Below, piece by piece: positions 9,046 to 16,260 of a stretch of 44,377 nucleotides of DNA (the stretch's first letter is position 1; every line of letters begins with the position of its first letter). Under the pieces are notes generated by a model, which was not told the origin of the DNA, did no database searches, and worked only from the letters and a program-made list of their open reading frames with translations. Where the stretch lies: positions 1-44,377 of IMG/VR virus record IMGVR_UViG_3300037461_000959; one strand, written 5' to 3'. This stretch comes from a virus (taxonomy: Duplodnaviria > Caudoviricetes). A program made the position numbers and the translations under genes.

Positions 9046-10528
9046 CCGTTTGTTTCTAGGCAATCACCCAGCCAATAGTTCTCTGGTCTTGTGCGGTGAG
9101 GATAGGCTCTATGACGGGGGGCTTACCATGGGGACTCTCTACATCGGCGGCCAGGGCACCGGCAAGACCACCGCTTTAGCACGTCACCTGGTGGAGTACA
9201 TGAAGAAGTACTCTAACCGCGCTATTTTTGTCCTCGATTGGTCTGGTTCGATCACTGACTCGCTCCTGTCAATTATCCTGGCCGATGAGGCGAAAGAGGT
9301 ACTCTTAAAGCGGGTGGTGTACGACCAGTTAGGCAATACCGAATGGGTCATGCCTCTTCCTGAGTTTTCAACCGAGTACGGCGGCACCTATGAGGACCAG
9401 CTCCAGCGGGTGGTGGATAACTTTAGAAAGCTCTCCCCCGAACTGATCGCCAACGCCCCCCTCTTAGGAGGGCTAGCCCTCTCCGAAATTGCCCCCCACT
9501 TTATGAGGCTCCTGACAGCCATTACCAATGACGCGGTGGACCCGAGAGAAACCTGGCAGATCACCGAGGCCAAGCGCCTCTTAGTTGACCGGAACTTGCT
9601 CAAGAAATTGATCGCTAAGTACGGCAGCAAGATACCGGAAACTGCCTGGTATCTGAATCGGGAGTACCTCAACCCTGACATCAAAGCCTCTGAGCGAGAA
9701 CTCAGAACCTATGCCTTGCGCTCTATCTTGAACATTACCGACACCCGGGAAGTGAAGGCACGATTAGGCTACTACCACCCAGGTTGGACGCCCAGAGAGG
9801 CTATCGCATCAGGCAAGCTGGTCATTGTTGATGGGGCGAGATTAATTGACCAGCCCGCCCCGCAGTATTACCTCTTCACCCAGGTATTTTCATTGATCAT
9901 GGCCGAGCTAAAACGACGCCGTCCAGCCAACCCAGACGATGGGCCGGTGTCATTGGTGTTGGATGAGGTGCGGTCATTGATGGCTATTCCTGGCATGGCT
10001 CCGGAACTGGCGTCTCTCGCTCCTCAGTACCGGAGCCGGAAATTACAGCTCTATATCGTCATGCAAGAACTGTCCCAGATGAGCGATAAACTGCGACCGC
10101 ACATCTGGTCGTTGGGGAATGTGGTCTGCTTTGCCATCTCAAACTTTGACGAGGCCTACGAGATAGCCCAACAGCTTTTTCACTACGAACCGCTACGAGA
10201 ACGCCTGCCTGCCCCAAACAGCCGTTCTCGGCCCATTATGGAGGGCGACAGGGGCCAATCGCTTATCATCGCTAACTGGCTCCAGCAATTAAAAAAGCGG
10301 GAATGCGTCATGAGGCGGCAGGTGACCGAGCAGGAGCGCGACCCGCTCATACGACACGTGCCCCAGACCATTACCGTCAACACCAACCACAACCAGGCTC
10401 AGTTGAACGAGCTGAAAGAAGAATTGATCCGAAAGAACGGGGTTCGTATTCACGATGCACTGGAACTCATCAATGTGCGGCACCAGCAGGCGCGAGTCGC
10501 GCCGCCAGCGCCGCCTACCGTAAGCTAG
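9023..10528 (+). CDS. VirD4/TraD-like type IV coupling ATPase (FtsK-HerA superfamily)
   Basis: Walker A GGQGTGKT, VLDWSG, Walker B LVLDEV, and QYRSRKLQLYIVMQELSQM (Arg finger and Q motif of TraD/TrwB-type proteins). Confidence 0.8.
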   Translation: MLNLKTLSRLFLGNHPANSSLVLCGEDRLYDGGLTMGTLYIGGQGTGKTTALARHLVEYMKKYSNRAIFVLDWSGSITDSLLSIILADEAKEVLLKRVVYDQLGNTEWVMPLPEFSTEYGGTYEDQLQRVVDNFRKLSPELIANAPLLGGLALSEIAPHFMRLLTAITNDAVDPRETWQITEAKRLLVDRNLLKKLIAKYGSKIPETAWYLNREYLNPDIKASERELRTYALRSILNITDTREVKARLGYYHPGWTPREAIASGKLVIVDGARLIDQPAPQYYLFTQVFSLIMAELKRRRPANPDDGPVSLVLDEVRSLMAIPGMAPELASLAPQYRSRKLQLYIVMQELSQMSDKLRPHIWSLGNVVCFAISNFDEAYEIAQQLFHYEPLRERLPAPNSRSRPIMEGDRGQSLIIANWLQQLKKRECVMRRQVTEQERDPLIRHVPQTITVNTNHNQAQLNELKEELIRKNGVRIHDALELINVRHQQARVAPPAPPTVS

Positions 10529-10592
10529 CACCTTTACATCAGCGGCAACAGAGCCAAAGTCTCTGTTAAAGCAGGCAGAGGGGGTGGTCATA

Positions 10593-10757
10593 ATGTCCGT
10601 GAATGGGGCCAAGCGCGAGGCCAAGCTCATCCTTAAAGATGTGGCGAAGGGATTAACGACGATCGTAGTCCCGCCCAAAAAGGATGAACAGCCGAGCGAG
10701 TTCCTGACCTTACACTGGTGCAACCAGTGTCAAGCCTACCACAGATCCAAACGGTAG
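10593..10757 (+). CDS. Small protein with C-terminal CxxC..H
   Basis: MSVNGAKREAK...WCNQCQAYHRSKR, 54 aa; G-rich SD. Confidence 0.5.
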   Translation: MSVNGAKREAKLILKDVAKGLTTIVVPPKKDEQPSEFLTLHWCNQCQAYHRSKR

Positions 10758-10797
10758 GTTATCACGGCAGACCAACCCTCTGCCGTGGAGGTGGTGA

Positions 10798-10826
10798 TTG
10801 ACATGCATCACCCCCCATGCTACGGT
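10798..10826 (+). promoter_or_regulatory. Promoter, probably giving a near-leaderless transcript
   Basis: TTGACA-17 bp-TACGGT with extended TG; ATG 8 nt after the -10. Confidence 0.55.
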
Positions 10827-10834
10827 AGAACTAT

Positions 10835-11317
10835 ATGCCATATATTACCGGTTACTGGGGCAAGCAGGCAAAAGAACGGAGTAAGAAGAGGCTCGCCTAC
10901 TTTCGAGCCTACCACCGCAAGAATGCCCCACCACCAAAAGTGTTTAGGCTAGGAGAGTTTGGAGAACTGTTGGCGCAGCGAAAGTTACCAGGTTCTACAT
11001 TGTCAAACAAGACTGGTTATGACCTGGAGTGGAACGGGCAACGGATCGAGGTGAAGACCTCTCGATCACAATATAAGGATCAGGGTCATGTGTTCGATAT
11101 TCGGATACAGAAGCGTGAAGGTAAGGCTGACTATTTTCTGGCACTGATACTCGATGATAAGAAAGAATTGCGCTATGCGTACCTCATCCCGAACAAAGCC
11201 ATATCCGCGAAAACCAACCTGCATATCTACCCTGGCAGGTCAAAATACGACCGCTGGCGGTTACGGCTCAACCAATATGGAAGAAAAGATACGCATTCCC
11301 AACACGCCGGTCTGTAG
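10835..11317 (+). CDS. PD-(D/E)xK nuclease-fold protein
   Basis: GEFGE..A, YDL and IEVKT catalytic pattern; D.F..L and YLIP motifs. Confidence 0.7.
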   Translation: MPYITGYWGKQAKERSKKRLAYFRAYHRKNAPPPKVFRLGEFGELLAQRKLPGSTLSNKTGYDLEWNGQRIEVKTSRSQYKDQGHVFDIRIQKREGKADYFLALILDDKKELRYAYLIPNKAISAKTNLHIYPGRSKYDRWRLRLNQYGRKDTHSQHAGL

Positions 11318-11522
11318 GGTCTGCACCAATTACTGGAGCGACCTGTGCCAAGACTGTTTGGATAATGGTGTCGATCGCTTCACGCTGAAGAAGGGATTGA
11401 GCCTGGCTGACCTGCCAAGATTCCCCACCAAAGAATTTACTGAGGAACTACCAGTCGGGGCAAGGCAGGCGCTTGTGGCTGTCTATTTGGAAAAGATCAT
11501 CGATTACATAAATGGATGGTGA
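11277..11522 (+). CDS. Cys-rich hypothetical protein
   Basis: MEEKIRIP..CRVC...CQDC; likely start 11277. Confidence 0.55.
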   Translation: MEEKIRIPNTPVCRVCTNYWSDLCQDCLDNGVDRFTLKKGLSLADLPRFPTKEFTEELPVGARQALVAVYLEKIIDYINGW

Positions 11523-11525
11523 CCC

Positions 11526-11702
11526 GTGGACAAGATACTGACGGTCAGTGAAGTAGCGGAAATGCTGAAAATGTCCAAAGCCAAGATCTATATCCTGGCG
11601 AATAAGAAACAGATCCCTCATATCAAGTTGGGACGCAACATCAGAATTTGGGAAAGTGAACTTTTAAAGTGGTTGGATAAACAGACCGAACCGGCTAAAT
11701 GA
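11526..11702 (+). CDS. Excisionase-like HTH_17 DNA-binding protein (58 aa)
   Basis: GTG start; ILTVSEVAEMLKMSKAKIY...IPHIKLGRNIRI...LLKWL is the classic Xis/MerR-like pattern; absent from the ORF track. Confidence 0.85.
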   Translation: MDKILTVSEVAEMLKMSKAKIYILANKKQIPHIKLGRNIRIWESELLKWLDKQTEPAK

Positions 11703-11931
11703 AGGCGTGTTTGATTCTTCTGACTTCCAGCTCGTCACAGATATGCTCGTACCGGCTGAGGGCTTGGGCGTATTTTGGGTGATCAAAATTGTCTCTCAAC
11801 CAATCTTCTGCCACATTCTTTTTAGCGTACAGTTCCTCATCAGAGAGTGAGGCGATCTCTGGGCTTGGCCGTGGTTTTACCGGTTCTCCGTGCAGCCAGC
11901 GGCCGCGCTCATCCCAAGACATTTTCGTCAT
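11695..11931 (-). CDS. Hypothetical protein
   Basis: 78 aa; SD AGGAGG. Confidence 0.65.
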   Translation of the reverse strand: MTKMSWDERGRWLHGEPVKPRPSPEIASLSDEELYAKKNVAEDWLRDNFDHPKYAQALSRYEHICDELEVRRIKHAFI

Positions 11932-11939
11932 AGTCCTCC

Positions 11940-12287
11940 TTATTTAAATACGACGACCACTCCCGGTTTGCCGATCTCGAACCGGTCGATAATTTTATTC
12001 GGGAGGGTGTTGTAGGTATCGTTGGGGATAACCCCGGCCATGACCATTCCATCTAGGCAAAACTTCTTAGAGAAAGCAATATTGTCTTTATCTTGCCGAC
12101 GATCCTTTGTCTTCCAGATAAAGGTAAGGGTGCGAAGTTTCTTGAGCTTGGGGACTTTCTGTCTCCGGCACTCCCAGGCTACCAGCTCCGTTTCTTCCCG
12201 CTTGATCTTGGCTGCCTTGAAACGGTTGGTGCGCTCAGCGTCGATATATTTATTGAGGCTAGTGAGTGGTGGTAGGTTTAATATCAT
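11940..12287 (-). CDS. rusA: RusA-like Holliday junction resolvase
   Basis: RRQDKDN..K..LDG.V.AGVIPND catalytic motif. Confidence 0.85.
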   Translation of the reverse strand: MILNLPPLTSLNKYIDAERTNRFKAAKIKREETELVAWECRRQKVPKLKKLRTLTFIWKTKDRRQDKDNIAFSKKFCLDGMVMAGVIPNDTYNTLPNKIIDRFEIGKPGVVVVFK

Positions 12288-12577
12288 AATTCCTTGTATG
12301 ACAACCGTATCCTAGAGTTACCCTCCGGTTCCTAATAAAATTAAGTCCCTATCCTTCCCTCCCTCGCTTCGCTTTCTCTCATCTTTTCCTAGGCGCTGCG
12401 CCTGAGGTGAACTTATCAGTTAGATGTTGAGTTTCGATTGCTTTGGTCGGTCGGCCATCTACCTTTGACGTAAGTCAGTCCTAGATGGTGGACCCCATTG
12501 GATCACTCCAACAAAAAAGCCATTCATTCTGCCCGAAGTGACTGGCTTATTTCTTGGATTGATAGTTTAGTGATCAT

Positions 12578-12712
12578 AAAAAATCCCCTATCGAGTGGTG
12601 CTGTGCTGTCGCTCCGCAGCACCCGATAAGGGACTACTAGCGACAGTCTATCACTCGTGCGGCTGTCCCGCAAGCAGTACCAACATACAACATGCCAACG
12701 GAGTCGTGTCAA
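12578..12712 (-). promoter_or_regulatory. Structured leader: promoter, terminator hairpin, and a loop-complementary upstream segment
   Basis: TTGACA (12712-12707) and TATGTT with a 19-bp spacer; long hairpin at 12584-12633 followed by U6; loop AGCGACAG complementary to upstream CTGTCGCT. Confidence 0.55.
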
Positions 12713-12729
12713 TAGGGTAAAATTACTTC

Positions 12730-13401
12730 ATGGCTGACACTTATCAGCAGGGCGAATTATTTGAGATAGGTTCTGACTACCGGCCATTGCCATCGGTTTG
12801 GGAAGGTGAGGACGCTCCACTTTTGGAGTTAATGCTTCATTTCTACCCAAAGTCTCAGCCCCATATGATTCTCGATGCGACCATCAATGAGGGCAGATTT
12901 TGGCGCGGCACAACCAGAAACATCATCGGATTGGACATAGAGATCGGCTTTAAACCGACGGTCAATGGCAGTAACCTAGAGATGCCCTTTGCTGACGAAA
13001 GTTTCGATGTGGTAATTTACGACCCACCCCACATTCCCAACCAGGGCCAGGATAAAGAGAAGGATTTTAATACCAGGTTCGGTTTGGTTCAAAAGTCACC
13101 AAAGGAAAATGGGTATAACTTCTCCCATCTTTACCCGGTGTTCTCTAAAGAAGCCTATCGGGTATTGCGGCCTCAGGGTATCCTGCTAGTTAAGATAGCT
13201 GACTATGTCCACAACCATCGGATGCAGTGGGCGCATTTTGAACTGATGAAGTCTGCTGCCGAGGCTGGTTTTTGCCCATGCGATATGATCGTCAAGATTC
13301 GAAAAGGCCCAATTGTTGATCCTCGCTGGAAGGTGGCTCATCATGCCCGTCGCCAGCACGTTTTTTGGATCGTGTTCCGGAAGTCTCTGAAGTGCGAATA
13401 G
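12730..13401 (+). CDS. Amino (N6A/N4C) DNA methyltransferase, compact phage type
   Basis: ILDAT.NEGRFW SAM-binding motif, FDVVIYDPPH catalytic motif, EAYRVLRPQG. Confidence 0.75.
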   Translation: MADTYQQGELFEIGSDYRPLPSVWEGEDAPLLELMLHFYPKSQPHMILDATINEGRFWRGTTRNIIGLDIEIGFKPTVNGSNLEMPFADESFDVVIYDPPHIPNQGQDKEKDFNTRFGLVQKSPKENGYNFSHLYPVFSKEAYRVLRPQGILLVKIADYVHNHRMQWAHFELMKSAAEAGFCPCDMIVKIRKGPIVDPRWKVAHHARRQHVFWIVFRKSLKCE

Positions 13402-14041
13402 GCCAGTTATCCTGCCACTCCGTTGGTACTGGATGGTCCCACTGTGTCAGTAGTCGACACTTATCAACCCTTAGCCTTCTGATAGCGCATTTTCCATCGG
13501 TGGCATCAAAGAAAATAGTAAAAACAGCCTCATCTCCAATAGAGACCGGGGCCGTTAAAGACTTGCTTGGATTACCGCCCCTGCCTTTGGCAGGCGTGAC
13601 CGTCACATCAGCAATCATGGAGAGCAGGGATATCGGCACTTCTAAGAGCTGATAGTGAAAGGTTGGTGGTGATAACCAGATTGATCTGAGCATAAGGATC
13701 CGTTCGTACTCAGCCAAGTGCCTAATTATCCGAGCAATAAGTGGCTCTGATTTCCACTCTGTTTCTTCGGTCGTGGACAGTTTTGTTATTGTGATGAGGT
13801 CAGGGCGAGTCCCGTATCCCGTCTCTGATTTAATAGAAAGCCTAACGCCGGAGATGGTCATATCCTCTTTAGAACGACCCGGAGTGGACAGAGATATATC
13901 GGTTATCCCTATATTCCTGAAGGCTCTGGCTACTAGATCCTCAAAGAAAATATCTCTAGGTGGCAACCGGGGATATACGCCGTGGTGGGAAGTGACAAGT
14001 GTTTGCAGCGCATCAGTGAAGTTAGTACTGAATAGGTCCAA
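13292..14041 (-). CDS. Type II restriction endonuclease, SmaI-like
   Basis: Likely TTG start at 14041 with SD AGGAG; HH..FE..D.TI.G..S.K.E, YERI..LR, Y.L.E.P..LL and FD...K..I..C...W match my recollection of the SmaI family; convergent with the MTase. Confidence 0.65.
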   Translation of the reverse strand: MDLFSTNFTDALQTLVTSHHGVYPRLPPRDIFFEDLVARAFRNIGITDISLSTPGRSKEDMTISGVRLSIKSETGYGTRPDLITITKLSTTEETEWKSEPLIARIIRHLAEYERILMLRSIWLSPPTFHYQLLEVPISLLSMIADVTVTPAKGRGGNPSKSLTAPVSIGDEAVFTIFFDATDGKCAIRRLRVDKCRLLTQWDHPVPTEWQDNWPIRTSETSGTRSKKRAGDGHDEPPSSEDQQLGLFES

Positions 14042-14115
14042 CGCCAGCTCCTGGGGAAATGTGATTTTAAAATCAATTGTACCCAGAAGTCTGGATCGCG
14101 CTAGGTATTTTGGTG

Positions 14116-14188
14116 TGCTATACTGACAATCTAAAGTGTGTCCCCTCACGCTTAACCGGCCAGCATCACCGTGTTGGCCGGTTTTTTT
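14116..14188 (+). ncRNA. Candidate sRNA of about 58 nt with its own promoter and terminator
   Basis: Extended -10 TGCTATACT (14116-14124); terminator AACCGGCCAGCA-TCACCG-TGTTGGCCGGTT-TTTTT (14154-14188); no ORF between them. Confidence 0.5.
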
Positions 14189-14261
14189 ATCCTGGTTGAT
14201 ACACCTACTGATACAGTTAAGCGAAGATATTTTAATGTTCCCCCATATATAGCTAACAGAA

Positions 14262-14289
14262 AGAGAATACCCCCATCTCTGGGGGTATC
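14262..14289 (-). terminator. Hairpin downstream of the tRNA fragment
   Basis: Minus strand ATACCCCC-AGAGAT-GGGGGTAT followed by a pyrimidine-rich run. Confidence 0.55.
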
Positions 14290-14293
14290 GGAG

Positions 14294-14335
14294 TGGGCGG
14301 AACAGGACTCGAACCTGCGACCTCCTCTGTGTAAG
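14294..14335 (-). tRNA. 3' half of tRNA-Val(TAC) (att core, not a full gene)
   Basis: CTTACAC anticodon loop, AGAGG, AGGTC, GCAGG-TTCGAGT-CCTGT T-arm, TCCGCCC-A; 5' half absent. Confidence 0.85.
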
Positions 14336-14467
14336 ATATAGGCGGGACAAATAATTGGGTTAATTTGGTTAAATAAGCCTATTTACTCATTAATGCAGGC
14401 GTGATCGCGCCGATTTATTCAATTCAGTCTATTGAGTTAATCGTGTTTGATACACCAATTGATACAC

Positions 14468-15544
14468 CTATACCAGACCATCTAACTTTTTAGCTGCTTC
14501 TTTTTGGTAACCAGGCATTAAGTGCCCGTAAACATTGTAAGTAATTTGGATCGAAGAGTGACCGGCTAGCGCTGACACATCCTTGGCGGTGGCTCCCCTA
14601 GCGATCATTAACGTGACATAGAAGTGCCGCAACGAATGGAACGAAACCCTGGAGATGTTTAACTCATCAAGGGTGTTGTGGAAATGTCGTAAAAGATTGC
14701 GTGGACCGATGGGGGTGTTGTTTTTGGTGCGGAAAAGGAGCTGGTCATATTCAGTCTCCTCCCATAGCTCACGCAGAGAGAAGGCGACAAAATCGGGCAG
14801 CCCAACCACCCGCCGTGACGATGCAGATTTGGGAGAGCCGATGAACACCTTGCCTTTAATGGTGTAGATCGTTTGCTCGACTCTTAACACCCCCTCATTC
14901 AATTGAACGTCTTGTTTTCTCAATCCCAAGATTTCTGACTCCCGCAACCCGCAGCCAATAGCAATACAGTAGATCGGATACCAGCGGGTACCTCTTATGT
15001 GCTCTAGAACAGTTCGGATCTCATCAACTGTAAGGGTACGAATGGGAAGATTATCTGGTGTTGGCGGCTGGACGGAGAGAGCGGGGTTCTTGGCAATAAG
15101 CCCAAACTTTACCGCTTGATTAAGAATACGGCGGGTCACCTCATGGATCTTAATGACCGAACGCTTTGATAATCCAGCTTCTAGTTTCTTAGCGTATAAG
15201 GCTTGTAGGTGGGAGGGCCTCAGTAGTGACAAACGCATATCCCCCAGATCGGGAATGAGATGGCTCTCCACCCACCGATACGTTTCGATCGTGCGTGGTC
15301 TAAGTGAAAGCGGGGCGACATTATTCATGAAGCTGTCAAAATATTGGGCGACGGTGAGCTTACTGTCTTCTACATATGTGCCTTCCCTAACTTGAGCAAG
15401 CGAAGTAGCCAGCCATTCTTTCACCACGCTCTGCTTCTTGCTGGCTTTACGTTTCCTTTTCCCGTCTGGAGTGGTGAATTGGGCTATCCAATACCCACGG
15501 GAATCTTTGCAAATGGAACCTTCTCCGGACGCTCGCCGTTTCAT
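14468..15544 (-). CDS. int: Tyrosine integrase
   Basis: MKRRASGEGSI arm-binding N-terminus; GLRESEILGL (R), PKS (K), FHSLRH (HxxR), LAGHS, YNVYGH (Y). Confidence 0.96.
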   Translation of the reverse strand: MKRRASGEGSICKDSRGYWIAQFTTPDGKRKRKASKKQSVVKEWLATSLAQVREGTYVEDSKLTVAQYFDSFMNNVAPLSLRPRTIETYRWVESHLIPDLGDMRLSLLRPSHLQALYAKKLEAGLSKRSVIKIHEVTRRILNQAVKFGLIAKNPALSVQPPTPDNLPIRTLTVDEIRTVLEHIRGTRWYPIYCIAIGCGLRESEILGLRKQDVQLNEGVLRVEQTIYTIKGKVFIGSPKSASSRRVVGLPDFVAFSLRELWEETEYDQLLFRTKNNTPIGPRNLLRHFHNTLDELNISRVSFHSLRHFYVTLMIARGATAKDVSALAGHSSIQITYNVYGHLMPGYQKEAAKKLDGLV

Positions 15545-15605
15545 TGTTCGAATATTCCTTATAAGGGAAAACAATCCAACCTAGAACAGATGTCGCAATT
15601 ATACC

Positions 15606-15634
15606 TTGCAATTCCGACCGCTAGGTGCTATTTT
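15606..15634 (+). promoter_or_regulatory. Promoter with operator ACCGCTAGGT in the spacer
   Basis: TTGCAA-17 bp-TATTTT with extended TG. Confidence 0.55.
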
Positions 15635-15656
15635 GGGATCAATTAAGGGGAAAACT

Positions 15657-15803
15657 ATGGACTACTCATCAGTTGCAAAGAAATTGGGTAAGCGTGGCGG
15701 TCTGGCAACCAGGGATAAATACGGAACGGAATATTTAAGACAACTTAGCAAAAAAGGCGTGGAGGCTAGGAAGAAAAAGGCAGCCAAGAAAACTAGTTCT
15801 TGA
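15657..15803 (+). CDS. Small basic KGG-like protein (48 aa), candidate regulator
   Basis: LGKRGGLATRDKYGTEYLRQLSKKG; SD AAGGGG; ATG at 15657. Confidence 0.7.
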   Translation: MDYSSVAKKLGKRGGLATRDKYGTEYLRQLSKKGVEARKKKAAKKTSS

Positions 15804-15828
15804 CAACCCACCGCTCGGTTGCTATGCT
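15800..15828 (+). promoter_or_regulatory. Early promoter with operator ACCGCTCGGT in the spacer
   Basis: TTGACA-17 bp-TATGCT with extended TG. Confidence 0.75.
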
Positions 15829-15861
15829 ACGCTTGTTACCAATTAAATAGTCGGGGGACAC

Positions 15862-16032
15862 ATGAACAATCAATCATTTTCAGTAGGACAGGAAGATATA
15901 GACAAGGAAGCTATGGCTGACTCAGTTTGTGAGTTTGCCTGCGAGATGTTTGAGACCGATGCGCCGAACAAATGGCAATTGGAGCGGGCTTATGATGAGT
16001 TAATTAGCATGAATGAGGGGAAATACCTATGA
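15862..16032 (+). CDS. Small acidic early protein (56 aa)
   Basis: MNNQSFSVGQEDIDKEAMADSVCEFACEMF...; SD GGGGG; overlaps the next start (ATGA). Confidence 0.6.
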   Translation: MNNQSFSVGQEDIDKEAMADSVCEFACEMFETDAPNKWQLERAYDELISMNEGKYL

Positions 16033-16259
16033 AATACGCTGCACTCATTAAACTGATAAAAGATCCCCACGTATCTGACGAATTGAAAGAGGCTGCTCTT
16101 GAACTGGAGATAACTAAGGCACAGATAAAGGCCGTAAGTGACTTCTATTTTAAATTGACCACATCTAAGGAAACCGCTGGATCGAGGCAGAGTGATGGGG
16201 CGGGAGGCTTGGAACCCGCCTCATCCTCTGACATTATTTGGGAGCACGGAAGTAAATAA
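16029..16259 (+). CDS. Hypothetical early protein
   Basis: 76 aa; SD GAGGGG. Confidence 0.55.
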   Translation: MKYAALIKLIKDPHVSDELKEAALELEITKAQIKAVSDFYFKLTTSKETAGSRQSDGAGGLEPASSSDIIWEHGSK

Positions 16260-16260
16260 T

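Larger units (their letters stand above)
14196..14468. mobile_element. attP: tRNA-derived core flanked by integrase arm-type repeats
   Basis: TTGATACACC at 14196, 14447 and 14459; CTGATACAG at 14208; pairs spaced 12 bp on both sides of the core; adjacent to the integrase 3' end. Confidence 0.85.

Noticed and set aside
14294-14335. Functional phage tRNA-Val gene
   Set aside because: The 5' acceptor strand, D-arm and 5' anticodon stem are absent; it is the att core.
14042-14350. N-terminal 103 codons of the 352-aa ORF 13292..14350
   Set aside because: Runs through the att core, tRNA fragment and terminators; an SD-supported TTG at 14041 gives a more plausible protein.
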